DNA of 64,000 nt from Candidatus Berkelbacteria bacterium RIFCSPLOWO2_01_FULL_50_28. GTDB taxonomy: Bacteria; Patescibacteriota; UBA1384; 2-12-FULL-50-11. Position 1 is the first letter of the stretch. Every line of letters starts with the position of its first letter. The notes below the pieces were generated by a model, which was not told where the DNA came from, did not search any database, and saw nothing but the letters and a program-made list of their open reading frames with translations. The stretch spans positions 402,108 to 466,107 of the forward strand of contig MEZX01000002.1 in assembly GCA_001774395.1 (NCBI GenBank). Reading direction: 5' to 3'. Positions 47,347-56,350 of the stretch are shown piece by piece. The position numbers and the translations under genes are program-made.

Positions 47347-49116
47347 TTAGTCCTTGCGCATCAGCTTGTCACCGTGACGAATGGTGGTGCTGTACGCCAG
47401 GGACTGCAATGCAGCCTCCTCAGCTAGCCTCGCTGCTTCAAGCACTTGCTCGTATGCAACTTGCGGCTGAGTGTGACGGATCCGTAGCTCGTTAAGCTTG
47501 TCCTGCTCGTCAAGCGTGAGACAACCGTTCGTTTCAAACGAGCGGTACAGATCTTGCACATCGGTGAGCCCATTTTGGTACGCGAGTTTCCTGAAGTCGC
47601 TCCAGTCTTGGGATCCGGGAAGCACGATCTCGATGAAGTTTCCCCAGGAGAGGATGGTGTTGCCACCAAACTCGTCTAGAGTTGCTTTCACATAACGCGG
47701 GAGTTCTTCGATGTTATCCAGAGTTAAGCCAGAGCCGATAACCATCGATGTTCGAATAAATATTCCATTGTCGCGAGCCAGCTGGAGCATCCGACGGTCG
47801 TTTGTGACCTGTTTGCCTAGTGCTCGCTTTGTCTCCTTATCCCAGCCGTCGATGCCAACGTAAGCGACCTTCACCCCTGTCTGGGGGAGAAGGGGAGCGG
47901 TGTGCTCGTTGATCGAGCCGGCCGTCAAATAGACGTACCGTCCAACCTCCGGCCCACCGTACTTCTTTTTCGCTTTGATGTAGCTTTCGAGCCACATCCG
48001 TTGAGCCGACCCCATCTCCGGGATCCACTGGTTGCTGACATCAAAGAGCCAGTTCGCTCCGTATTTCTCGACCAGCTCGCGTTCAATCGCGAAGTGATCT
48101 TCGAAGTTCCGGAAGCGCGCTATCCACTCAACCCCCTGCAGACTGCAGAAAGGGCAAGCGGCACCAACGGCATTGGCCCAGGCGCAACCGCGACACGACT
48201 CAGTGATGAGCATGCGCGGGGCAACCATCGGTCCAAAGTCGTAGTGACTCATCTCTGTTAACCGTTCAGGGAGGGCTAGCAAGTTGTCGTAGTGAGGCAA
48301 AGCGTAGTGATCCTCACGGGTCACCGGCTTGTATCCCTCTGCAAACTTCTTGCCGTTGAGAAGCAACTCGCCAAGCACCGCCTCAGCATCGCCCACACCG
48401 ACGTGGTCGATGTAAGGCTGACTCAGGTACGCGCTCGGGCAGACCCGGACCAGCTGACCGCCCACACCCGTTCTCAGCTTGTCGCCGAAGTCCGCTTTCA
48501 ACTGCCGAAGCAGATCAAGCGAACCGCAAGCGTTGTAGCTAAGCAACGTGCAAAAGATGACAGGCTCATCGCCGGCATCGAGCACCTCTTGGATGTGGTT
48601 GCGAAGGTAGTTGAGCAGCCAAGGCCGCTCTTCACCTTCCGCAACGTCGGAGCTAACGAACGTCTCGTCGATTGCCAAGCCGGGATACCCCAGCAAGTCG
48701 ATGGTGACCTGGTTTAAGACAGCGACGCTGCCGTTAACCATCAAGAGCGTATCGAAGCGCTCTTCGTACGCGCGATCAGGGCGCGCGTGCACGTAGATCG
48801 GGCGAAGTGTCGCCATACCAACCAAGAATAACGGCCAAGCTCTTCGCCACATCGGGCCGTTCGGCCTAAATGTGATATTGAGCTGCTCTTTAGCTGGAAC
48901 GCGTTTGAAGCAACCTGGGTGGGTGTTGGGTATAACGTCGCCAGATGCCCGCCACATGGCGAGACCAGGGTCGTTGTTCACGAACTCGTTGGTTGAAGCG
49001 TCGTAATGGATAAACTCCGCCGAGCCGTACATTTTGTACTCAGGGACAACGGTGTTCACCTGAAACAGGCTACACACCACAACAACTGCAAGAAGAATAT
49101 GGAAAATGGTTCTCAT
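47347..49116 (-). CDS. B12-binding-domain radical SAM protein with non-canonical Cys spacing
   Basis: GGAGG RBS before ATG 49116; VGGQLV...IDHVGVGDAE resembles the B12 domain; RGCAWANAVGAACPFC; TIM-barrel elements (YVGID, MVIG). Confidence 0.75.
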   Translation of the reverse strand: MRTIFHILLAVVVVCSLFQVNTVVPEYKMYGSAEFIHYDASTNEFVNNDPGLAMWRASGDVIPNTHPGCFKRVPAKEQLNITFRPNGPMWRRAWPLFLVGMATLRPIYVHARPDRAYEERFDTLLMVNGSVAVLNQVTIDLLGYPGLAIDETFVSSDVAEGEERPWLLNYLRNHIQEVLDAGDEPVIFCTLLSYNACGSLDLLRQLKADFGDKLRTGVGGQLVRVCPSAYLSQPYIDHVGVGDAEAVLGELLLNGKKFAEGYKPVTREDHYALPHYDNLLALPERLTEMSHYDFGPMVAPRMLITESCRGCAWANAVGAACPFCSLQGVEWIARFRNFEDHFAIERELVEKYGANWLFDVSNQWIPEMGSAQRMWLESYIKAKKKYGGPEVGRYVYLTAGSINEHTAPLLPQTGVKVAYVGIDGWDKETKRALGKQVTNDRRMLQLARDNGIFIRTSMVIGSGLTLDNIEELPRYVKATLDEFGGNTILSWGNFIEIVLPGSQDWSDFRKLAYQNGLTDVQDLYRSFETNGCLTLDEQDKLNELRIRHTQPQVAYEQVLEAARLAEEAALQSLAYSTTIRHGDKLMRKD

Positions 49117-49456
49117 GGCGGTAACCTCCGAAATCAAATTGTTTAGGGACAATTCCCTTTTAAGGCGTTGCCATACTATCATATCCTTGGTTAAAAGTCA
49201 ACGGTTACGGGCTGAAAAACCAAATACCGAAAACCGGCAACTGCCAAAAATATCAATACCGAAAATTCTCCGATTCGCTCCGCGAACCTTCCGGAAGGGA
49301 GGCGAATATTCTCCATACCTCTGTGAGAAGCGTGCTGGGGTATGGGGTGTGGGGAGGTAGGGGCGGGCTTCAAGACTCCGAGCCCCTCCTCCCCACAATA
49401 ATGTGTCTAAAGCCGTAGGCTTTATCAATCAAACTTTTTCCTGTAAAAATTAAGTA

Positions 49457-50794
49457 ATGTTATCTCTCTACAGCACTCTTGAAGGCAAGAAGGAAGAGTT
49501 CAAGCCCATTACACCCAAAAAAGTGGGTATGTACGTCTGTGGGCCAACGGTTTACGATTACGGTCACTTGGGTCATGCCCGCACTTACCTGGCCTTCGAC
49601 CTCTTGCATCGTTTGCTGCGTTACCAGGGTTACGAGGTAAACTACGTTCAGAATATCACCGATGTTGGACACCTGGTTAACGACAGCGAATCAGGGGTAG
49701 ATAAGATAAAACAGAAGGCCCAGGAAACTGGCGAGAGTCCTGGCGACATTGTGCGACGTTATACCGAGGCCCATTTCAAGGACTTAAGGGATCTAAACAT
49801 CTTACAGCCAACAACCTCTCCAAAAGCCTCCGAAAATATTAAAGAAATCATCGATTTTGTCGAAGTACTTCTGCATAAGAAATTCGCATATGTGACCGAC
49901 CTGGGAAACGTCTACTTCTCGGTGGCCCGCAAATCTGATTACGGTAAACTTTCAAGGAGGGGAGTGGCAGAAATTCTTACCGGTACCAGGGTAGAATCGG
50001 CACAAGACAAGCGATCGTCAACTGATTTTGCGCTTTGGAAAGCGGCACCGCACGGCAATACCGAGATGACTTGGGAGTCGCCCTGGGGGCGTGGTTTCCC
50101 AGGCTGGCATATCGAGTGTTCGGCGATGAGCCAGAAATATTTAGGCGATACCTTTGATATTCACGGTGCGGCAGTTGAACACGTTTTTCCCCATCACGAA
50201 AACGAAATCGCCCAATCCGAGGCGGCCACCGATAAACCGATGGCTAACTACTGGGTTCACTCCGGAATGTTGACCATAAACGGCTCAAAGATGAGTAAAT
50301 CGACCCGTAACACTGTTACCGTCCAAGACGCTTTAAAAACATATTCTTCTAACGAGATAAGGCTGGCAATGTATCTCACTCATTACCGAAAGCCTTTCGA
50401 CTTTACCAAGCAAGCGATGCAACAAGGGGTAGCGCTCCGCGGCAAGCTATTTAGCGCCTATGCCAGTGATCTGCCAGAGAAAACTGCTCCAGAGGTGTTG
50501 GAAGAGGTGATAGCGGCTTTAGAGGACGATCTTGATAGCCCACGAGCTCTGCAGGTTTGGTCGGAAGGTGCACTCAAGTTCAACCGAGCCGATTCCGATC
50601 AGCTCTTTGCAATATTCGGTCTTTCCTATATAAGGATTGAAGAGATACCCAGAGCCAAGCAACTGGCCCAAGAGCGCGAGCAAGCCAGAAGCAGTAAGGA
50701 TTTTCTGACGGCAGACAACCGTAAAGCAGAAATCGCACAGATGGGTTTCGAGGTTCTCGACGCCGAAGGCGGCACAGTTTACCTCCCGCATTAA
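49457..50794 (+). CDS. cysS: Cysteine--tRNA ligase
   Basis: YVCGPTVY..HLGH, DFALWK, GWHIECSAM, HHENE, KMSKS. Confidence 0.97.
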   Translation: MLSLYSTLEGKKEEFKPITPKKVGMYVCGPTVYDYGHLGHARTYLAFDLLHRLLRYQGYEVNYVQNITDVGHLVNDSESGVDKIKQKAQETGESPGDIVRRYTEAHFKDLRDLNILQPTTSPKASENIKEIIDFVEVLLHKKFAYVTDLGNVYFSVARKSDYGKLSRRGVAEILTGTRVESAQDKRSSTDFALWKAAPHGNTEMTWESPWGRGFPGWHIECSAMSQKYLGDTFDIHGAAVEHVFPHHENEIAQSEAATDKPMANYWVHSGMLTINGSKMSKSTRNTVTVQDALKTYSSNEIRLAMYLTHYRKPFDFTKQAMQQGVALRGKLFSAYASDLPEKTAPEVLEEVIAALEDDLDSPRALQVWSEGALKFNRADSDQLFAIFGLSYIRIEEIPRAKQLAQEREQARSSKDFLTADNRKAEIAQMGFEVLDAEGGTVYLPH

Positions 50795-50844
50795 TTCCGT
50801 TTTTGACAACTGATAACTGGAAACTGAAAATTGTTCTCTGTCCC

Positions 50845-50873
50845 TTGACAGAGAAGGTGGCATATGCTAATAT
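50845..50873 (+). promoter_or_regulatory. Sigma70 promoter with extended -10
   Basis: TTGACA-N17-TAATAT with TGN immediately upstream of the -10. Confidence 0.7.
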
Positions 50874-50901
50874 CCAGTCGTACGTTAAACGAGTATTAAT
50901 T

Positions 50902-51012
50902 TTGTAAGCGCCGTCTCGGCTGGGATTTGGGAGAGCTGCCATTATGTCTTTCCCTTGTGGATTGACGGCAGTTTCCCTCCTTCCCTTTTCCTGGCTGAGA
51001 CGGCGCTTACAA
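50902..51012 (+). ncRNA. Candidate structured leader RNA (long stem-loop)
   Basis: 24-bp outer stem with three G-U pairs and an inner GGGAGAGCTGCC/GGCAGTTTCCC stem. Confidence 0.55.
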
Positions 51013-51084
51013 TATGTATGAGACTCGCAAAACGCGTTTCGTTAACATTTGTAAGATGACTACTATTTCGCGCAGAGGTGCAAA

Positions 51085-52245
51085 ATGAGAAAGTATGCAA
51101 TCGGAATTCTGTTGGTCGTCATGCTGGGTGTTGCGCCTTTGGCGCAGGCCCAGCTACTGGAAGGGTTGGTCTGGGCTGCTGCAAGCAGTTTTGTCAACAA
51201 CGCGCTGGCCAGGGGCCAGCAAAAGACGGTTTCGGCCGTCAAGGTCATGTGCGACATCCTCACCGAGGACGTCGACGGGAAGTTCTCGCCGACGCCGTTC
51301 GGTTGGGATCCTACCACTCAGACGTCGATCTTCATGGTCGACGGACTGGCGCTAAGGGTTGCCGCGTTCACAAACGGCCCGCCGCCCCACGGTTTGACCT
51401 ATTACCTCAATGATGCGAAGCTCGCGTTTCGCAAGGTTGAGGGAGACAGAGGTGGCAAGGACGGCAAGGGACTCGGAGTGATCGGAGACTATCCGGTCAT
51501 CAAGCCCAGCCAGATGAGATACGGGATCAACCAAATCAAGGTCTACGCCGGAGGGAAGCAGTGGGGCGACTGCACGTTCTGGCGATTACGGTCCGTTAAG
51601 GACGTTCTTGCTGCTATGGGGGACCCAGAGCTTCGCGAGAAGTTGTATGGTTTCGGCGGGGCAACCTACCCTTCGATGCCAACCTTGGTGACGCAGATGC
51701 CGGATGGTTCGCTTGCGACGTTTCATTCGAAAGAGGAAATGGAAGCGACGTTTGCCAAGCTGAATCAGCAGGGCATGCAGGGTGGAAGGTCAACTCCGCC
51801 GCAAGGCGGCAAGATCGATCCGCCGCAACCGCCCGCCGCAGGGCAGACGGTTGATGTCGCAACAACGGCCTCGCCGTTCACGGTGCAGACGCACCTGTAC
51901 GATCTAGCCGAAACGCGCTTCGGTGACAAAGACGCGATCCGGCTGGACTTGGCCACGAAGGCGAGCCAAGCTGGAGCGTTCACTGGCGAAATCCTGTCAA
52001 TTCCTTCGAAGAAAGGGCAGGCGGTCCTCATCAGGGCCGATAGTGAGTTCACTGCGGAGCTCGTTCGCCCTGACGGAACAATCGCAAGGAAGTACAACGT
52101 CGCGCCATTCGAATTCGGGGGCGTGACGCATTATTCAACTATCGTATTGCTGTCCAACGATGGCAAACCGATGTTGAATCAACTCACTCTGCGCTCGGGT
52201 AACGAGCGCCGCATCATCACGTTCACGAAGGAGGAACTACGATGA
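51085..52245 (+). CDS. Secreted hypothetical protein
   Basis: Sec signal peptide (AQA), two beta-rich regions with a Pro/Gly/Gln linker; GC-rich codons. Confidence 0.8.
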   Translation: MRKYAIGILLVVMLGVAPLAQAQLLEGLVWAAASSFVNNALARGQQKTVSAVKVMCDILTEDVDGKFSPTPFGWDPTTQTSIFMVDGLALRVAAFTNGPPPHGLTYYLNDAKLAFRKVEGDRGGKDGKGLGVIGDYPVIKPSQMRYGINQIKVYAGGKQWGDCTFWRLRSVKDVLAAMGDPELREKLYGFGGATYPSMPTLVTQMPDGSLATFHSKEEMEATFAKLNQQGMQGGRSTPPQGGKIDPPQPPAAGQTVDVATTASPFTVQTHLYDLAETRFGDKDAIRLDLATKASQAGAFTGEILSIPSKKGQAVLIRADSEFTAELVRPDGTIARKYNVAPFEFGGVTHYSTIVLLSNDGKPMLNQLTLRSGNERRIITFTKEELR

Positions 52246-52880
52246 AACGACTCTGCATTTCGGCTCTCTTGACACTCGTCGCGGCGCTGGGCTTTGCCCA
52301 GTACACTCAGCTCGGTCGGGATCCAATGGTCCCCGGCGGGGTGACTCCAGAGCAGGCAGTTGCCAAGGGGCATCGTCTGTTCAACCTGCCAGTTGATACT
52401 CACTGCAGAATGGGCAGCGGCAGCGGCAAGTGGGTTAACGCTTTCTTGCCCAAGGGGTTGGCGATGGCGGTTCGGCCAGACGGTCGCGCCTATATCCTGT
52501 TCTGCGGCAACGACTCAGACATTCCGGTGGTTTTCGTGAAGGTCCCTGGACCAACCATCCAGCTGCCCGGAAAGCCGTACCCCGTTCCTGGACCAACCAT
52601 TCAGCTGCCCGGAAAGCCGTTTCCCGTGCCCGGGCCGACGGAGTACGTTGATCGATGGTCACTGGTGCTGGCTCCCCAGCAGCAGTACATCGCGAACCTA
52701 CCCTCGCCAACGGTGATCGCGCCGGTCCTGGGCGGAATCACCGCCGTCATCGGCGGCGGGACGAAGATCAACGTATCGAGCACGAATACGTTGGCCCAGT
52801 ACCAGCAACAGGTCGCCGAAGCGGCGGCCGCAGCGGCCGCCGCAGCAGCGGCAGCAGCAGCTGCAGTCGGCGGCCACTAG
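52242..52880 (+). CDS. Secreted protein with 14-aa Pro repeats and C-terminal Ala15
   Basis: AGGAGG RBS, ATGA overlap, signal peptide, VPGPTIQLPGKP(Y/F)P x2 (42-bp repeat). Confidence 0.82.
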   Translation: MKRLCISALLTLVAALGFAQYTQLGRDPMVPGGVTPEQAVAKGHRLFNLPVDTHCRMGSGSGKWVNAFLPKGLAMAVRPDGRAYILFCGNDSDIPVVFVKVPGPTIQLPGKPYPVPGPTIQLPGKPFPVPGPTEYVDRWSLVLAPQQQYIANLPSPTVIAPVLGGITAVIGGGTKINVSSTNTLAQYQQQVAEAAAAAAAAAAAAAAAVGGH

Positions 52881-53002
52881 CCGCCGAACGTATCCAACTG
52901 AGGAGGTGCGGGCCACAAGCCCCACCTCCTCACATCCCTTCTTGAACTAACAGTCGAATTGGTTTAAGAAGTAGATGTGGAAAATTAATAGAAAGGATAA
53001 AT

Positions 53003-53572
53003 ATGAAAGTATTTATAATCTCTTTGGCGACACTTGCGGCCGTGCTACTTATTAGCCCAGCCGTCCTTGCTTCCAGCTCTTCCAGCTCAAGCTCTTCGTC
53101 CGCTGCTGCTTCGGCAGCTGCTGGCGGATCGGCTGCGGCTTCGGGCTCGGCAGGGTCAAGTGCGTCCAGTGCGGGTGGTTCGGGTTCTAGCTCGTCCAGC
53201 TCTTCTGCGGCTTCGGCTGCGGCTGCTGCTGCGGCTTCGGGCTCAAACGGTAGCACGGGTAATACCGTGATCGTTAAGAAACAAGCTACCTGCAAGGCAG
53301 CTTCGGCTGCCGCGGCTGCTGCCGCTGCCGCTTCTGGAACAGGCGCCGATGTATCAACATCTGCTTCTGGTTCCGCTGCTGCCGCTGCTGCTGCTAGCGC
53401 TGTTGCGGTCTGCCCGGCTCGTACAGTTAAGGTTGCGAAAGTAACTAAAACTGTTACCGAGCTACCAGCAACCGGTGCCGAAACGGCACTATTGCCTGGC
53501 TTCGCGACTGCGTTTGCTTTCGCTCTTCGCAAGTATTCACTTGCTAAGCACGAGGCATCGCTTCTTGCTTAA
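53003..53572 (+). CDS. Secreted Ser/Ala low-complexity protein with LPATG tail
   Basis: AAGGA RBS, signal peptide, poly-Ser/poly-Ala blocks, LPATG + hydrophobic + RK. Confidence 0.82.
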   Translation: MKVFIISLATLAAVLLISPAVLASSSSSSSSSSAAASAAAGGSAAASGSAGSSASSAGGSGSSSSSSSAASAAAAAAASGSNGSTGNTVIVKKQATCKAASAAAAAAAAASGTGADVSTSASGSAAAAAAASAVAVCPARTVKVAKVTKTVTELPATGAETALLPGFATAFAFALRKYSLAKHEASLLA

Positions 53573-53604
53573 GAAGCAGCTCTCTTGGCCTAACCGTCTT
53601 GAGG

Positions 53605-53635
53605 CTAAAAAACACCCTATTTGGGTGTTTTTTAG
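53605..53635. terminator. Bidirectional terminator-like hairpin
   Basis: CTAAAAAACACCC-TATTT-GGGTGTTTTTTAG. Confidence 0.75.
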
Positions 53636-53664
53636 TTGCTCTTTTTACTTTAAGTACACCCGTC

Positions 53665-53700
53665 TAATGACTTTATTGTCCTATAGCACTAAAGTCATTA
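53665..53700. promoter_or_regulatory. Inverted-repeat operator candidate
   Basis: TAATGACTTTA-N14-TAAAGTCATTA, 12 bp before an XRE-HTH gene. Confidence 0.55.
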
Positions 53701-53712
53701 AGGTATTAGGTA

Positions 53713-54084
53713 ATGAAAAAAATTGAGATTGATTTAGAAGCGCTTTTCGATGAGCTACCTTTGGGCCCTAAGTCTGGTGTCTTTTGGAAAGAGCGAAGTG
53801 TTCGTCTTGAACGCCGAGCCAAGGCTCGTCATCGAGCCGAAGAGAGGTCTGTGCCAAGGCCAGAACCACCAGATTTTATTAAGGCAATCATTCTACGACG
53901 AGCCCAGCTTAACATTTCCCAAGCGGGGTTGGCCCAAAAGCTCCACACCCATCAAGCCGTCATCTCTCGCCTCGAAACTGGACAAGGCAAGCACCGTTTG
54001 GAATTTCTGATCCGTGTTTATGCCGCATTAGGGTTGAAGTTAAAACTGAGCCTGGAGCTTCCTAATGACAGTAAAGTTATATAG
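53713..54084 (+). CDS. XRE-family HTH regulator / antitoxin-like protein
   Basis: RRAQLNISQAGLAQKLHTHQAVISRLETG. Confidence 0.88.
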   Translation: MKKIEIDLEALFDELPLGPKSGVFWKERSVRLERRAKARHRAEERSVPRPEPPDFIKAIILRRAQLNISQAGLAQKLHTHQAVISRLETGQGKHRLEFLIRVYAALGLKLKLSLELPNDSKVI

Positions 54085-54165
54085 CAATAACATCATAAGA
54101 CCAACACTGGTCATTCTGGATTAATTACTGGTGAACAGGAGGGGGTAATGAGGTATGATTAACCG

Positions 54166-55146
54166 ATGGAGTCAACTGAGCGTAAAGAAGAGCTACGGCG
54201 ATTACTAAGAATTGACGCAAAGGAATCTCGCGTTAGCGAAATTGAAGTCCTAATGAAGGACGCGCATTTTTGGGATGATCACCGAGCAGCTGCTAAAGTT
54301 GCGCAGGAGCTAAAACACTTGAACGACTTCTTAGTCGAATTCGAGCTGGCGGAAAACGAAACAGAGCTTGAGAAACTGGAGCTGGAAATATTTTTCACCG
54401 GGCCGCACGATGAGGCATCGGCGTTTTTGGCCGTTCATTCCGGCTCCGGCGGGGTTGAAGCCCAAGATTGGGCGGAGATGCTACTGCGAATGTACGAACG
54501 CTGGGCGGAGGGGGAGGGCTACAAAACTGTACTCCTAGACGAAACTCGAGCCGATGAGGCGGGAATTAAATCTGCCACATTACAGATAGAGGGTTTTCGC
54601 GCCTACGGTCGTCTCAAGGGCGAGAACGGCGTTCACCGTTTGGTGAGGATCTCGCCGTTTGATGGTGACAAATCACGTCACACCTCGTTTGCGTTAGTGG
54701 AAGTGGTGCCGGAATTAGAAAAAAGCGAAGTCACGATTAGCCCCGACGAGATAAAGATCGACGTGTTTCGTTCTGGTGGCGCGGGCGGGCAGTCCGTTAA
54801 CACTACAGACTCGGCCGTGCGTATCACCCACTTGGCCTCAAAAATTGTTGTCACCTGCCAGAACGAGCGATCACAATTGCAAAATAGGCTACAAGCTCTT
54901 AAAATACTTCAAGGTAAGTTGCAGCTGCTCTCCGACGAGAAACATCGTATCGCCAACGAAAACCTAAAAGGCGAGCCGGTGTTGGCAAGTTGGGGCAATC
55001 AGATTCGTTCCTATGTTTTGCAGCCGTACCAGCTCGTGAAAGATTTACGCAGCGGTTTTGAAACCACCGCGGTAGACAAAGTGTTGAATGGCGAGTTGAA
55101 TAATTTTATCGAAGCATATGCGAAATATCTAGCAAGGAGTAAATAA
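54166..55146 (+). CDS. prfB: Peptide chain release factor 2 (shortened N-terminus, no frameshift)
   Basis: EAQDWAEMLLRMY, SPF, GGQ, WGNQIRSYV. Confidence 0.96.
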   Translation: MESTERKEELRRLLRIDAKESRVSEIEVLMKDAHFWDDHRAAAKVAQELKHLNDFLVEFELAENETELEKLELEIFFTGPHDEASAFLAVHSGSGGVEAQDWAEMLLRMYERWAEGEGYKTVLLDETRADEAGIKSATLQIEGFRAYGRLKGENGVHRLVRISPFDGDKSRHTSFALVEVVPELEKSEVTISPDEIKIDVFRSGGAGGQSVNTTDSAVRITHLASKIVVTCQNERSQLQNRLQALKILQGKLQLLSDEKHRIANENLKGEPVLASWGNQIRSYVLQPYQLVKDLRSGFETTAVDKVLNGELNNFIEAYAKYLARSK

Positions 55147-55458
55147 ATGGGATTACCACAGTTCGGACAGATGCGTGATATGTATCAAATGGCCAAAAAA
55201 GCCAAGCAGATGCAGAAGGAGCTGAAGAATCTGGAGATCGAGGCTAATTCGCCCGATGGACTTATTCATGTTGTCGTAAGCGGCGAAATGAAAGTCAGCT
55301 CCATTAATATTGCTGAAGAGCTACTGAGCCCCGATAAAAAGCGCGAGCTCGAAATGTCGCTCAAAGAAACAATCGTTCAAGCCATGAGCCGGGCGCAGAG
55401 CGAGTCGGCCGCGCGAATGCAGCCGCTACTGAAGGATATGAATTTCCCGGGAATGTGA
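55147..55458 (+). CDS. YbaB/EbfC nucleoid-associated protein
   Basis: KKAKQMQKEL, GL..VVVSGE; size fits. Confidence 0.88.
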   Translation: MGLPQFGQMRDMYQMAKKAKQMQKELKNLEIEANSPDGLIHVVVSGEMKVSSINIAEELLSPDKKRELEMSLKETIVQAMSRAQSESAARMQPLLKDMNFPGM

Positions 55459-55790
55459 TGAAGGGCCAGAAGGTTAAGCTGGTTGTTTTTGTTCCGCCAA
55501 CACACGTCGAAGCGGTTTTGCGGGCGATGGGGGATGCCGGTGCCGGAAAAATTGGGAATTACGATTACTGCACCTATTCCAGTGTTGGTGTGGGCAGATT
55601 TCTACCGAAAGAGGGTGCCAATCCAACCGTCGGTCAAGTCGGTAAGCTAGAAGAGGTTGAAGAGATAAAAATCGAAACTATCTGCGAGAAAAATCTTATC
55701 ACAAAGGTGATTGAGGCGGTCAAGAAAGTTCACCCATATGAAGAAGCACCCTTCGATGTCTACCTGCTCTTGGAGGTGACGAAGCTATGA
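55458..55790 (+). CDS. YqfO/NIF3 PII-like domain protein
   Basis: KLVVFVP, GAGKIGNYDYC, GANP.VG, HPYEE. Confidence 0.9.
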   Translation: MKGQKVKLVVFVPPTHVEAVLRAMGDAGAGKIGNYDYCTYSSVGVGRFLPKEGANPTVGQVGKLEEVEEIKIETICEKNLITKVIEAVKKVHPYEEAPFDVYLLLEVTKL

Positions 55791-56350
55791 TCGTCATTGT
55801 TGGATTGGGTAATCCTGGGCAGAAATACGATAAGAGTAGGCACAATTTGGGCTTTGTAACGATCGGGGCAACGACAAATAAGCTGGAGCTAGAATTAAAA
55901 AAGAGCAAGTTCACATCAACGATGTATGCGAGGGGTGACGATTTCGAACTAATAGCACCCTTAACATATGTCAATGAATCTGGTCTGGCGGTGGCGAAGG
56001 TTCAGCAGAAACATGGTGTGGACATCAACGATATCTGGGTTATTCACGACGATACTGAAATTCCGTTCGGCGAAGTTCGGGTCAAGCGAGGCGGCACCAG
56101 CGGTGGCCACAACGGCATCAAATCGATTGACGAGGCGATCGGGACGGATTATTGGCGCATTCGTGTTGGTGTTGGCCGACCAGAAAACCATGAGTACGAT
56201 CTGGCAGATTACGTCCTGGCCGAGTTTAGTGCCGAAGAATCAAAACTTATTCCGGCTATCGTTGACCGAGTCAGTGACTTCCTGGTACAATCCATACACA
56301 ACAAGGAATTATCAGCTCAAACATTTAATGCTAAAAATGAAGACAAATAA
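55787..56350 (+). CDS. pth: Peptidyl-tRNA hydrolase
   Basis: VGLGNPG..Y..SRHNLGF, TYVNESG, HDD, GGHNG, DYVL. Confidence 0.96.
   Translation: MIVIVGLGNPGQKYDKSRHNLGFVTIGATTNKLELELKKSKFTSTMYARGDDFELIAPLTYVNESGLAVAKVQQKHGVDINDIWVIHDDTEIPFGEVRVKRGGTSGGHNGIKSIDEAIGTDYWRIRVGVGRPENHEYDLADYVLAEFSAEESKLIPAIVDRVSDFLVQSIHNKELSAQTFNAKNEDK

Noticed and set aside
50902-51012. Retron msr-msd
   Set aside because: Long inverted repeats fit superficially, but no reverse transcriptase is encoded in the window
52930-53532. Minus-strand 200-aa poly-Ala ORF
   Set aside because: Antisense shadow of GCN/TCN-rich codons; the + ORF has the RBS, signal peptide and terminator
55968-56327. 425-aa form of rplA from the ORF track
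   Set aside because: The first 120 codons overlap pth in another frame; start moved to 56328/56337
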